64,000 nt of DNA from Camelus ferus (Eukaryota): positions 40,302,001-40,366,000 of the forward strand of contig NC_045697.1 of NCBI RefSeq assembly GCF_009834535.1. Direction: 5' to 3'. The notes beneath the pieces were generated by a model that made no database searches, was not told where the DNA came from, and was given only the letters and a program-made list of their open reading frames with translations. A program made the position numbers and the translations under genes. Shown here in pieces: positions 1-12,700 of this stretch (position 1 is its first letter; every line of letters begins with the position of its first letter).

Positions 1-301
1 TAAAATCTCTTAGCTGTACTGACATGGAGTTATGTGTTTAAGGCTCTTTCTGACCTTGCACTAGTCGGGAAATGGTGAGGTTCTAGTTATATGCTAACTC
101 CAAACAGAAGTTGTCCATTAACTCCATTTCTTGTTTAATAAACTTTAAAGACAACCTTGTGAACAACTTTTGTTATGAGGGTGTATGCCAGTGTGTGTTC
201 GAAGATATTTCAACTGGTAACCAGTTCTAGTTTTTGTTTCAAAGAAAGTATTCTGGTTTGTCTTTATCTTCTTTAGTTCATTATATTTAGGTGGAAATAC
301 T

Positions 302-871
302 TTTTTTTTGAGAATAATTTAAGAAGTTTATTGGGGAGAAACCAAAGATTAAAAAATGATCTTAACTTAGAGGGATGATCAGATTATTTATATTCTTTCT
401 TTTTTAAAAAATTGAAGTATAGTCAGTTTACAATGTTATGTCAGTTCCTGGTGTACAGCATAATATTTCAGTCATACATATACATACATATATTCCTTTT
501 CGTATTCTTTTTCATTATAGGTTACTACAAGATGTCGAACACAATTCTCTGTGCTATACAGTATAAACTTGTTGTTTATCTATTTTGTATGTATTATTTA
601 GTATCTGCAAATCTCAGACTCCCAATTTATCCCTTCCCATCTCCTTCCAACCCTGGTAACTATAAGTTTGTTTTCTATGTCTGTGAGTCTGTAAATAAGT
701 TCATTTGTGTCTTTTTTTAAGATTCCACATATAAGGGATATCATATGGTATTTTTCTTTCTCTTTCTGGCTTACTTCACTTAGAATGACGATCTCCAGTC
801 CCACCCATGTTGCAGCAAATGGCATTATTTTATTGTTTTTTATGGCTAAGTAGTATTCCATTATATATATA
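302..871 (-). mobile_element. 5'-truncated L1 (ORF2 C-terminus + 3'UTR) carrying about 90 nt of 3'-transduced sequence
   Basis: ORF 598..861 encodes the L1 ORF2 C-terminus (MEYYLAIKNNKIMPFAATW..LEIVILSEVSQ). TSD TTAGGTGGAAAT[A/T]CT at 287-301 and 872-886. Confidence 0.9.
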
Positions 872-1933
872 TTAGGTGGAAATTCTGATTCATAATTACT
901 TCTATAAATTTAAATACTACCATATTTACCTTCCAGTTCTTGGGCTACAGTGAAAACCATCCTACCATAGAAGATTTGCTTTTTCCATTGTCATTTTTTT
1001 GTCTTCTTGTGAACTATAGGGAAATGGAGATGCTTTCAAAAAATGAGTGCTTAGTTCAATGCAAAATTTTAGACATTTGAGTACTTCTCAAGCCATGAAA
1101 GATTAAAATTTCAGTTTAAAAAATCTAAGCTACAGTATTATACCACAAAAATACTACTATTTCAATACTTAAAAAACAACATGGAATACTTAAAATAGGT
1201 ATTTTATTCAATCTTATTCTATTTTTTGACTGTTGGAAGTACACTTCTATTTAAAAGTTCTATTTTATTTTCTCTTTTTTTCCACAGGAATCAGTCTTTG
1301 CCTCCTCTGTTTCTTTAAAAGTATCTCGTGTAATAGATATTTTTCACATTTATCTTATTTCTTCTTTTAGGGAGATAAACTTAAAGGTAGACCCATGCCA
1401 TAGTCAACTTTGCATCCTTAGTCTGCCTGGTATAGTAGCTACACAAACCTCTACTTGATAAATATTTGTTGAACTCAACTATCTACCGTTATTCTTCCTC
1501 ATAGAAGAGCTGGCCTCACATTTCCCAATGCCTTACTGTGTCTTTCTTGTCATAACTAGGTGCTGAAGTCACTTGGGTGACTTCATAAAGGCATAGGTCA
1601 TGTTAAGAAAAAAATCTAATTCTGTGCTGTACTAATGTCCCTTTATTAATTTTCCATTGTCATCAGCTTCTTTTCAAAGTGATGGAAATTTCCACAAACA
1701 TTTTTAAAAATTTGACCTAAGCACTTATATTTAATCTCTTTGGGACTCTCTTTCATGAACAATGGAGAAAAATGATAGTTGTAGAATTTTTGGATTGACT
1801 TTTCAACGTCCTTAAAACTTTCTACAGAGAAAAAAAGGTGATTTACACAGTGCAGACTGGAGTGGTTCAATACATCCAGTTTTTTAACAACATTGTCAAT
1901 AAAAAAATTATCAGTTTACTTGGGGGACATCAA

Positions 1934-2364
1934 AGGTTGAATTGTTATATTGAAGCCTAGTACCTCACAATGTGCCCTTATTTAGAGATAGGGTCTTTAG
2001 AGAGGTAATCAAGTTAAAAGAAGGTCATTAGGGTGGGTCCTAGTCCAGCATGACTGGTGTCCTTATAAAAAGGGGAAATTTGGACACAGAGACAAACCTG
2101 CGTAGAGTGAAAATGGCCTCATGAAGATGGAGAGTTGGAATGATGCATCTCTAAGCCATGGGACACTAAAAGTTGCCATCAAACCACCAGGTTCTAGGAA
2201 GAGGCCAGCAAGGATCTTTCCCTACAGGTTTCAGAGGAATGCTGGCCCTGCCAACACCTTGATTTCAGACTTCTCACCTGCAAGACTGTGAGACAAGACA
2301 TTTCTGTTGCCCTAAGTCACCAGTTTGTGGTACTTTGTTAAGAAAGCCCTCAGAAAACAATACA
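1934..2364 (+). mobile_element. MaLR solo LTR (MLT1-type)
   Basis: Typical MLT1 text (gatagggtctttagagaggtaatcaagttaa...gactggtgtccttataaaaagg...ccctgccaacaccttgatttcagacttc), ending ...aataca. Confidence 0.85.
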
Positions 2365-4254
2365 AGGGCTTAAAAAAAAAAAAAGTATACTGGTACCTCA
2401 TTCTACCAAATCTTTTGGCTTGAAGTATTTCAGGTTGAAAATATATGTTAACAGTTTCAAATTTAAAGATAGTTAGAAAAATTTAAATGTTTCTGGTTTG
2501 GACAGAAAAAAAAAGATCAGTTTGGCTCTGAAAAGAATACAAATTCAAAAATAGTGCAAACTGCTAAACAAAACTAGCGGTCATGCTAGTATTAGTGTCT
2601 GTGGCTCCTGGATTATATGTATGAGAAATTTCCCAGATGTGATTGTCAGCCATTAGATGCCATCTCAGAAGAAGAGATGGGGTGTTTTTAATGTAAGGCT
2701 CAGAGATTGACAAGCTTAATAATCAATTAAACTAAGATTACTTATGTCATCTGTGTGAAAAACAGATTTCTTTGTGCTTCCTTTTCATTATATGCTTCAG
2801 ACTTGAAGCTAGTTGATTATTATGTCTTCCCTGCACTATTGAAGGTGCCAGGAGATCAAGGACCATCTCTGACTTGTTCCAGGTGACTTGTTCGTGGCTG
2901 AATCCCAGTGCCAGTGAGTGTACAAGGCATTTAATGATTGTGGGAGGAAGGAATAGAGGCAGGGAGGACAATGGGAGAAAGAGGAAGAAAGAATCAAATG
3001 ACAATTTCCTTGTCATTCCACCACAATATATGGGCAGCATTTTTATTCTAATTCCTTTTAAAAATTAATATTGAGTGACATTGAAAAGGTTTCTTTTACT
3101 TTTGGTAAATTAAAGTATTTTTATTTTCTCAGAATGAGGTTATGAGCCTGTGAGATGATCACTCCATTAGAATTATAGTTATTAATGATATTAGCCTTTT
3201 TATTTTATTTTTCATAGATTGTGTTCCCATCCTTATTCACTCTCCTGGCCAATTGTCTTATAAATGTCACCACAAGGTGATGTGATGGAAAATAATTGCA
3301 AACAAAAATAACTTTAAACAAGTCTTCGGTGGGTCATATTTAAAGAATGTGTACATAATACATTTCAATTTGAGAATCTGTCATTTTTTGGAAAAAAGAA
3401 TGGATTTTTTATTTAAAAATATTTTCAAAGGTTAATGCCATCATGGAACAACCCAATGATAGTTGAACCAAACTCTCAGGGAATTAGAGGAGCATCCTCC
3501 AGTGCAAGCAGGTACGCTGCCCAGAGGACCAAGCTGTGGAACAAAAGCGAGAAAGAGAGAGGGCATCCAGGGGGACAGGCTCACTCAGATCGCTCAAGGC
3601 CCTGGACCCGCAAGAGGGCTGCCAAAGCCACCTACTCTACCGCTTGCCTGTCACCCTCTCTGAGCCTGGGGCATAACTGAAGACTAGGTTCACCAGCATG
3701 TTGGCACAGCCATCCATGACTTGGCACATCTCCTGGCCTCAGGGTCAGCCCAGCAAGGCTCAGAGAATGGACCTGTGCTCTCTGCCCTTCAGCAAGGACC
3801 AGGGAGGGGAGGTGCTGGGGCAAGTTGGATTATTTCCCTGAAAATATGATGGAGAGGAGTGATGAAGGGAGTTGGTTCCGCAAAAAGGACAGAGATTCAT
3901 CCAGTGTGGCACTGTGGGGAGAATGAAACAGGGAGTTTCACCTGAGACTTACAGATTTGGAAATCAGAAAATTTCTTTGCATTCTGCCACTGACATGCTT
4001 TGACACTGAATAAAGCTCTTCATTGTTTTTTTTCTTTAAAACTAAATCTCTCAATATCTATATTGCACTGATTACTTGATAACCATTCTTCAATGTTATG
4101 GACAAATTGGAAAAAATTTTCCGTCTGATTGCAAAATGCTATATTACATTTCTCTATAAAAACTTACTCAGGGGATTGTTTCTTCTTGTCATTGAAAAAA
4201 TGAAGCTAGCGTTAACATTCTCCACTGGAGACTGTGGCTTCAGGATAACAAGGA

Positions 4255-4512
4255 CCACACATTTTATGATTACATTTATATGAAATGTCGGCTAGGGAAA
4301 ATCCATAGCGACAGAAAGCACCTTAGTGGCTGTCAGGGCTGCGGGGAGGGGAAATGACTGTTTAGGGGAGGGGGTTTCTTTTGGAGTGATGAAATATTCT
4401 AAAATTAAATCGTGGTGATGGTTGTACAACTCTGTGAATACACTAAAAATTTTACACTTTTAAGGGATTTTATGGTTTATAAATTATATCTCAATGGAAA
4501 TGTATTTTTAAA
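4255..4512 (+). mobile_element. Old L1 (L1MB/L1MC/L1ME-like) 3' end
   Basis: gtgatgaaatattctaaaatta...gtggtgatggttgtacaactctgtgaatacactaaaa...aattatatctcaat. Confidence 0.8.
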
Positions 4513-7500
4513 AAGTCTCCTCCCTCTCCAAAATGTAGACTTTCAAAATTAATCTTTTCTCCTTTAGAATCAATCTTCAAGAGAGATGATTCAGTCATTT
4601 AAATTAAATTAACAGTACTCAAAATGGGATTGAACTCTCCCTTTTCAATTGACCTCTGAATTGTTTCTCATTCTTTCAATATACTCTTGGAGGGCAAGTT
4701 TTCATACTCTGGGGATGAATATGATACTGAAAACGACTAAAAGTCAGTGCAACCAAATGTAATTAATGAGGTGTAAGTATAAAATGACACTTTCTTGTGT
4801 GCTCAAAAAATAACTGTGAATATTACTTCCAAAAATTATTTCAGAAACAGCTGGATATGGTTAGCATATTTGGATTCAATGTAAAATCACTCTTGGTGAC
4901 CTTCTGGAAAGAGCAGATTTACTTTCACTTACATTTTGATGTATTAGTGAAAAGATAATGTTAGTACTTCATAGTGCTGCATCTTGGTTGTGATAGATGA
5001 TGTGACAGCCCAGGATTATAATTAGACAAAATGTGCCCGGTGAAGAGTGTAAAGGTGCCCTCCACCTCTAGGCCTACTGGGTACGAGAAGTAAATTCTCT
5101 TCATTTCTTTTATGAGCAGAAGAGATGGTTTGCGATGAGTGTGGTAAGAGTCTTAGAAAAGCAGGCATGTGTGTGAATGGGGTCTTCCCCCCATTGAAGT
5201 TGACTGAACTCGACAAAGAAGGAGAGGAGATGACTTGGTGCCACTGATGCTACAGTCTCTTGTCCAAGGTCTTGCTTTGGGGGCTTCCATTGACTTCAAA
5301 GCACCCGTGGCATCTGGGGGTTGTTTGTGCCTACTTGTGGTCAGCAGTCTGCTCTTATATTGCTGGCCTGGGTAGTGGACTGAGTGCCCGTGTCCATGCC
5401 AGGCCAGCAACAGCACCACTTGCCTTCCTGCCCTGTGCGAAAGCACATGTGGGTCCCTCATAACTTACCTTGTGCAGCGTAGCCGTTGTGTTTGTTTATT
5501 TCACCTTATTGATGCCATCACATGTGGTCGAGTCTCAGAGTAGTGTTCTGTTCAAGGAGCCCAGTTCTCACCCAAACATGTTTAAAAAGGTGTTCAATGT
5601 ATTAATTGAGTATCTTGACAAGCATTAAAGTGCATAGAACTTATGGTCCTTTTGGACTCTTTCTTGGATCCCTGTTCCTTCACATTTCATTCTCTTTGAT
5701 GCTCCGGCGTCTCATTTGCCAACCCCAATTCCCCCTCTCTTTCTAAGCCTTTCCCTTCCTCTTGGCTCTTGGGTTTTGTAGGATTTGGTCTTTTCTCCTA
5801 CTCCGCATTCCAAAAGTCTAGACAGGAGTTTGGCAGAGATAGGCTACTTCAGAGAAAGTGGATAGAAATTGGCTTGATAAATCAGGACTCAACTGGCATT
5901 TTTTTGAGGGATGAGGAGGAGTGAGGCTCTGAATATTGACTCTATCAATATTTTTATCACGTTTAGTTTATAATTCTAACATCTCCCACCACAGGTTTTC
6001 ATGTCTTTTTAGTGCTGCTTTCCCTGTGTTGTGTCATATGTTCTGTCCATTTCTCACAGTATCCTAGCTACTCATCCATTGCAAAGACAGTTTTTGGTTG
6101 TGATTATTGTTTTCATTACACCTTTTAGTTCTCCCATGTCTCTGACCTCTCTCTATTTCACTGCAATGTCTTTTCTTGTATCATAATTTGATATCTCTCC
6201 CTGGAGTCAAGCCGTGTATCCTTGCTGCTATCCTGAATCTCCTAAATGCTGAGACAGGATGGAACTAATAGGTAAGACAGGAGGAGAGCAAAAGAAGATG
6301 CGCCAGTTGAGGCAGGGAAGGGTCGGCATGCAAGATGGAGATGCAGAGAGCGGGGTGGGGTGGGGGGTTTGCCTCCCGGGAAGAAGCTCATCTAAAGACT
6401 GTACTACAGGTTCCCAGGATGATTCTAAAAGAAAGGATCAAAAAATGACTTGAAGAATGGAAGAACAGTCACACAGCCTTTCAGTGGGACTACTTTGAAG
6501 CGGATAAAAACATTTGACATTTCACATTATGCTGCACTTAGGAAAGAATCACTTCCATGATTTCAAAGTCACATCTCTGACATTCTGTGCTACTATCCTT
6601 CCTATCTGAAAGAGGTTGACAGTCATCACTAACTGTGCAGAGGTGGCCCTCTTTCTTCCCTTCCTCCCTGCCTTTCTTTCTTTCAACCTAAGACTAGACA
6701 AGGGGCCAAGGCACTAACACATTTCCAAAATGTACGCTGGCTCATAGCTATTTAGGAAACCTAAATGCTCTGCTGTTTTACTTTCTCATGTAGGCCATCG
6801 AGAGTTGTTTCTTGCCCGAGTGAAAAATCTATAGGGCTTCTCCGGCCAGAGTCAAGAGGTTAAAACAGGCAACAAAAGAGCTTTCAGAGATGAGAGTCTC
6901 TGGAACTTGAACAAGCAAGCCCTCATCTCTGCAGCCCTGCCTCTCACTGTTGATCTGATACAACAAGCTCATTTTTGGCTCTCTGCTTTTACATCTAAAG
7001 CACAAGTCTTTCAGCCTCCTTTCATCTACCCAAATCACTCCATTCATCAAGTCCAAACTCTCCCAAGACTCTCTTTGCCCTGGCTCGCATTAATATTTAT
7101 GTTCTCTGAAATCCTAGCGAAGATTCTGGTTCTTGCATCATTTAGAACTTACACAATGTAAATGTGGGAAGACATAAATGGGGCAGAATGGCAGGATGAA
7201 AGGACTGAGAGAGGCTTTGCCAATCTGCATGGTTGAGCTCCCATAATTTGACCCAATTTTTCTTACATTAAGTGGCAACTGCTTCCTAGCTTTTAGATCC
7301 AACCATAGTTACCCTCTTTTCTTAAGCTGTTAAGACATCACTCACAGAAATGATCAAATGGACCATTAATCAACTTAATGGGTGCTGTGTGAAGTTAAAT
7401 ACAAGACAGGCAGAGAGCCAGAAAATGATGGTAACCATGATGGGGCGATTGGTTAAGAACACATCTGTGTGGCAGACCAGGCAAAAAAATCTTGCTCCCT

Positions 7501-8213
7501 TTTCTCTTTCTTTAAATGTTAAAACCCAGGGCTGAAAAGGGAGCCTCTGAAGCATCGTGTTCATTTTTGCTTTGGTAGGTGGAGTTCACTAACCAAAATG
7601 ACAACAAACACTTGGAAACGGAAGCTTCCTCTCTGGCATCTGTTCAGACCTCTTAAAATGTGTTCCTATCTGATGTATAAGCCACCCAAGCACAAATTAA
7701 AAGCAGATGCTTTGTGGTTCTCTGAGGATATTTATAGCTCAGAATCTATACTTCCTGGTCATCTCTACCATAGAACCATCTGAATAGGTAGTGAACATTT
7801 TGCAATAATTCTAGCCCCATTCTAGCAAATTTGACTTCCCTGTTTTGAAATTGGACTACACGTCTCCTTTCCTCAGTGGAAAAAATATCTTTGCAGGAGG
7901 AAGCTGAAGTATTTTCCATGATACATATGGCCTAGTTACACACTCACAAGGTTTGAGATGTTAACCAAACCCAAGAAGGACCATTTTAGGTTTATGTACT
8001 GGACTCCCTCCCTTGGTAAAGTCTGTTCTTCAGAACAGTAAGTTGAAATACAAAACACAACAACATTCAGAAAAACAGAATGCAAAACTTTAGGATTTCC
8101 ATTGAAAGACATAAATATGTCATTTGGATTTATGAGTCTAGTCTACCAATATTTATTATGTGCAGTGCGCACGCAGCAGGTATTACGGAGTTTCAACAAA
8201 GAAGCACCGTTGT

Positions 8214-9049
8214 GAGGTGTCACCTCACACCAGTCAGAATGGCCGTCATTAAAAAGTCTACAAATAATTAATGCTGGAGAGGGTGTGGAGAAAACGGAAC
8301 CGTCCTACACTGTTGGTGGGAATGTAATTTGGTGCAGCCACTATGGAAAACAGTATAGAGATTCCTTAAAAAACTAAAAATAGACTCAGCCTATGATCCA
8401 GCAATTCCACTCCTGGGCATATATCCAAAGAAAACTTCAATTCACTAAGATACATGCACCCCAAATTTCGTAGCAGCACTATTTTCGATAGCCAAGACAT
8501 GGAAGCAACCTAAATGTCCATTCACAGAAGACTGAATAAAGAAGATGTGGTATATATATGTGTGTGTGTGTGGTATATATATATACACACACAATGGAAT
8601 ACTACTCAACCATAAAAAATAATGAAATAATGCCATTTGCAGCAAAATGGATGGACCTAGAGATTATCATACTAAATGAAATGTCAGACAGAGAAAGACA
8701 GATATGATATGATATCTCTTATATGTGGAATCTAAAAAAATGAGACAAAAGAACTTATTTACAAAACAGAAACAGACTCACAGACATAGAAGGCAAATTA
8801 TGGTTACCAAAGGGCAAGTGGGAGGAGGGATAAATTAGGAGTTTGGGATTAGCAGATACTAACTACTATATACAGAATATATAAACAACAAGATCCTACT
8901 GTATGGCACAGGAAACTATATTCAATATATTGTAATAACCTATAATGAAAGATAATATATATATGTGCATAACTGAATCACTATACTGTATACCAGAAAC
9001 TAACACAACATTGAGAATCAACTATACTTCAATTAAAAAAAAAAAGAAG
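8214..9049 (+). mobile_element. 5'-truncated young-type L1 with poly(A) and TSD
   Basis: ORF2 end (cacctcacaccagtcagaatggc...) plus 3'UTR and A-tail. TSD AGAAGCACC[G/T]TTGT at 8200-8213 and 9050-9063. Confidence 0.95.
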
Positions 9050-11194
9050 AGAAGCACCTTTGTTGCTCTTTGGCTTCACTAAACTGGACATCGTTGGGAA
9101 GAGTGCATGAAGATGGAAGTTGATAATGGAAAACAATACAACAGGTGTTGCCTCTATGTACATAGAAAATGACAATTTGGGAGAGAGATTTTAAATTGTC
9201 ATTCTTTAATTTTAAACACACTTAAGGGCAGGCTTAATCAGGAATGGATTATGGAATAATGGACGATGGCTAGTTTATGCAGAAAATATCAGTATTCCAA
9301 AAGGGATAAAGCCCTGGAGTAGGAGTAGTGAATGCGGACAAGTGAGACCCCACGGGGAGGGAACATGCCCACATAAAATTTGCCTGACCACTTTGTTTTC
9401 TGAAGCCACCTTAGAGTTCCCTGTCTACAAAATAATAATTTTCCTCTGTCTTTCTAAAACTTACATTCTGAGTGACACTTTACTTCTTGAATTGGTCTCT
9501 TCTAACTCTTCCTCTCTTTCCTTAAACCCCACCACCTCCTGCTCTGAAGCATTTCCTACCAAACAAAAGAGGTGGTAATGAGGCCATTTCCACCCACAAG
9601 AGACTGATTGAAATAAGCATGTCCTCAATTTGCTTCACTCATCACCACACAAAGTGCTCCTACCATTTTTCCTGAACACAATACAATTTGGGGGTATTTA
9701 GTTTACATGGTATTTCCATTTAGTTGTCTTCCCCTTTTTTCTGTCTGTACTCATGTTTCTGTCCAAGACAACCATGAGCTTTAAACAATATTGAACACAG
9801 AATCCATTAAGCAGATTAATGCTGAATTCAGTTAATGATTGGAAGTTATAAAGAAACATAACGCCTTAGACGTTTAAAAAGGAAGTTTCATTTTTAACAT
9901 TTGTAAGTCACAGCAGGGCTTATTGAGAAAGTTTCCAACCCAAAAGTAGTACACTGGCATCATCTTTTTAAAAAAATGAGACGTTTCAAGTCTTTTCTTT
10001 TTACCAACTCAAACAACTCAGAATTTTTGAGTATGTTACAAAAAAATGATTCAGTAGAAGATAAAAATGTGCTACAGTAGGGGACACAGGGGGAGTGATG
10101 GAACCTAGAAAGATTCTAAGGACACACATGTGACAGTAGGACCCTAAAGCTACCAGCGCGTTACTTAGAGATTTCAGAGACCTCCAACACCTCCATTCCT
10201 CAACACCACGCTGTCCATTCTGTTTCTTCTCATAAGAAAATTAGATTTTCATGGAAGGCAGGGCAAAGGTTGCTCCTGTACCCCTTTCTTCACTTTCCAT
10301 TTCTTTTTAGCCAGCAAGCGATATCCCAGAGAGGTTCACAGACAGGGCAGCCCCTAAGGTCGCTGTCCCCTTTTTATTTCACTGACTCTAAAATTGAGGA
10401 ATTTCTTATCTGAACTTACTTCTCCCGCAGGGTTCTGTTGAAAGTTTACTAGTAAGAAAACCTCACCAACAGAAAAGTGTTCAAGTTTGCTCTTCGTGCT
10501 GAAATTGCGTAGGCTTCGGATTCACGTTTGTGGATCTCTGTCCTGTCTATGTTTCTTCCAAACTGTTTGGTCACAGGCAACTTAACTTGTTCTTACCTGA
10601 GTTTATTTATCTGTGAAATTGGAATAAAATAATAAAAGGAGGAATCATTATTCCCATCATGGACACTGAACGCTAGCTTCTATCTCTTATTAGCTTGTTA
10701 CTTGTCTTCAGAAAGTATGGATTACTCTGAAACAGGTTAGAAGTAGTGTCAGGGAGCCGCCTTCCTGAGATGATCAGGCTGTAAGAATGAAGTTGATAAT
10801 GGGTCTCAAGGCGCACCAACGGCATCAGTGTGGATTTTACCAGGCACCGCCTTCTGCCTGTTGCACAAGGGCAACTCTGCTAGTCGGTCAGAATCAAGAA
10901 CTCAGAGGTGCTCATTTCGAATCATGAGTTCACCTTGGATATGGGTGGCTTTGTTGTGTGTGTTCCCATGTTCCTTTGGCCATACTCTGTTCAAACTGTT
11001 GTCACTTTGGGGTCCTCTCTTCTGCCGCTACAGAACTTTCTCTCATTGGGAGTAATGCTTCTCAAAAACATCTCTAGGTTAATCTCCTTTAGTCTTTTTC
11101 TTGTCTGTCAAGACTTCAGATCCACAAGAATGACAGTGTCCTGTTAATGATATTGGTAATAGTAGTGTTGATATTTAGTAGCAGTACTATAAGT

Positions 11195-11650
11195 GGCTGA
11201 GACGTGTGTATCATTTACTGTGTGCCAGATACAGTGCTTCATATATATTAATTCTTTGAATCCTTCCACTAGCCCTCTGAAGAAGGTATGATTGTCATTA
11301 CCTTTTTATAGACAAAGAAACTGCCACAGTTTATTAGCAATGCGCCAAGTCTTATAGCTAGTAAGTGGTGGGGCTTGGATTTGAACCCAGGCCATCTGGT
11401 TCCCAAGGTCTTCTCTTAGCCTCTATGATGTACAGCTTCTTTATTAATAATGATAAATACAATTTATTCTGTGCTTTCTTCTTGCCTGTCACTATTTTAA
11501 AGTAGTTTGTATGCAATATTACACTTACTCTTCAGAACAATTCTATGAGGAAAGTTTTTGCTTCTAGTTTTCAGATGAGAAAACTAAAGCTTAGAAAAAT
11601 TAAATATCTTACCCAAGATCACACAGCTAGGAATTGGCAGAACCAGTTTT
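11195..11650. mobile_element. Two adjacent MIR SINEs
   Basis: MIR core motifs: ttttatagacaaagaaact, gatttgaacccagg, tttcagatgagaaaactaaagcttaga, cccaagatcacacagctag. Confidence 0.75.
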
Positions 11651-12199
11651 TCCCAAAGCCGCTAACCCTCACCTGAGTGCAAAATTGTCCCAGGTGTGTG
11701 CTCTTAACTTCCTCCAAACTTAATGGAAAATTCCATTTAAGTTATTGGTTACTTTTTATGACCTCTTCATGGCATCATATCAGGAAGATGTCTTTAAAAC
11801 AATCTGAGGCAAACAACTCTATAAAAATTCAAATATTTATTCTTAATTTATAATTAGTGAGAAAATACTTTCTGAATAGGGAGGGACTGGTATGTTCATA
11901 AATAAAAGTTTGGGGTGTGTGTGGAGAAAAGCAAGTTATGTGTTTTGACTGGAGACTGAGAGAGGGTAATAAATCTTGAAATTATACAGGAAATAAGCCT
12001 GAAGAGGTAGGATGTGGCCAAATCATGGAAAGCCTAGAAGGGCTGCTTTGGAGTTTTAATAAACTCTGTAGACAGTGGGGATCCAGTGAGAGCTCTGTGG
12101 AGAACCAGGGTCCAAGCAGACTTAGGGAGACTCCTGGGAGGGTGGCAACAGAAGTGGAGAATCTGCAGAAGTAGGAGATGAGGTAAAAGGCATCATTTT

Positions 12200-12559
12200 C
12201 GTACATCCACCGAAAGGTGTGCAAGAACCTTTATGTTTATGGTACTCCATTCATAATAGCAGCTTTATTCATTAAAAATCTGTTGAGTGGAATAATAAAT
12301 AGCCATAAAAAAGAACAAACTGCTGCTATACACAATAATATGAATGAATCTAACAGATGTAAGGCTGAGTGAAAGGAGCCAGACACAAAAGAGTGTATCC
12401 TGGATTCCACTGACAGGAAGTTCAAGAACAGGGAAAACAAATCTGTGGTGAGAGAAGCCAGAATAGTTACGTCTGTGGGGGCAGATGGTGTTTATTGACT
12501 GGGAAGTCTTCTGGGGTGTTGGAAATATTTTATCTGTCTATCTGGGTGGGATTACGTGG

Positions 12560-12596
<37 letters not shown>

Positions 12597-12700
12597 CTAT
12601 GTACCCATGTATATATGTAAAAATTCATTGAGTTGCATACTAATCATTTGTGCACTTTATGGTACATATGGTAACCCCAGTAAGAAGATTTTAAAAAAGA
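12200..12700 (+). mobile_element. Old L1 3' end (L1MC/L1ME-like) with an embedded (CA)n at about 12564-12593
   Basis: ataatagcagctttattc...gccataaaaaagaacaaactgctg...atgaatgaatct...gtaaaaattcattgagttg. Confidence 0.75.

Noticed and set aside
5469..5547. Exon-like 79-nt segment on minus (gaacag ... AAG|GTAAGT)
   Set aside because: Weak polypyrimidine tract, no partner exons and no recognisable peptide; isolated consensus donors are common.
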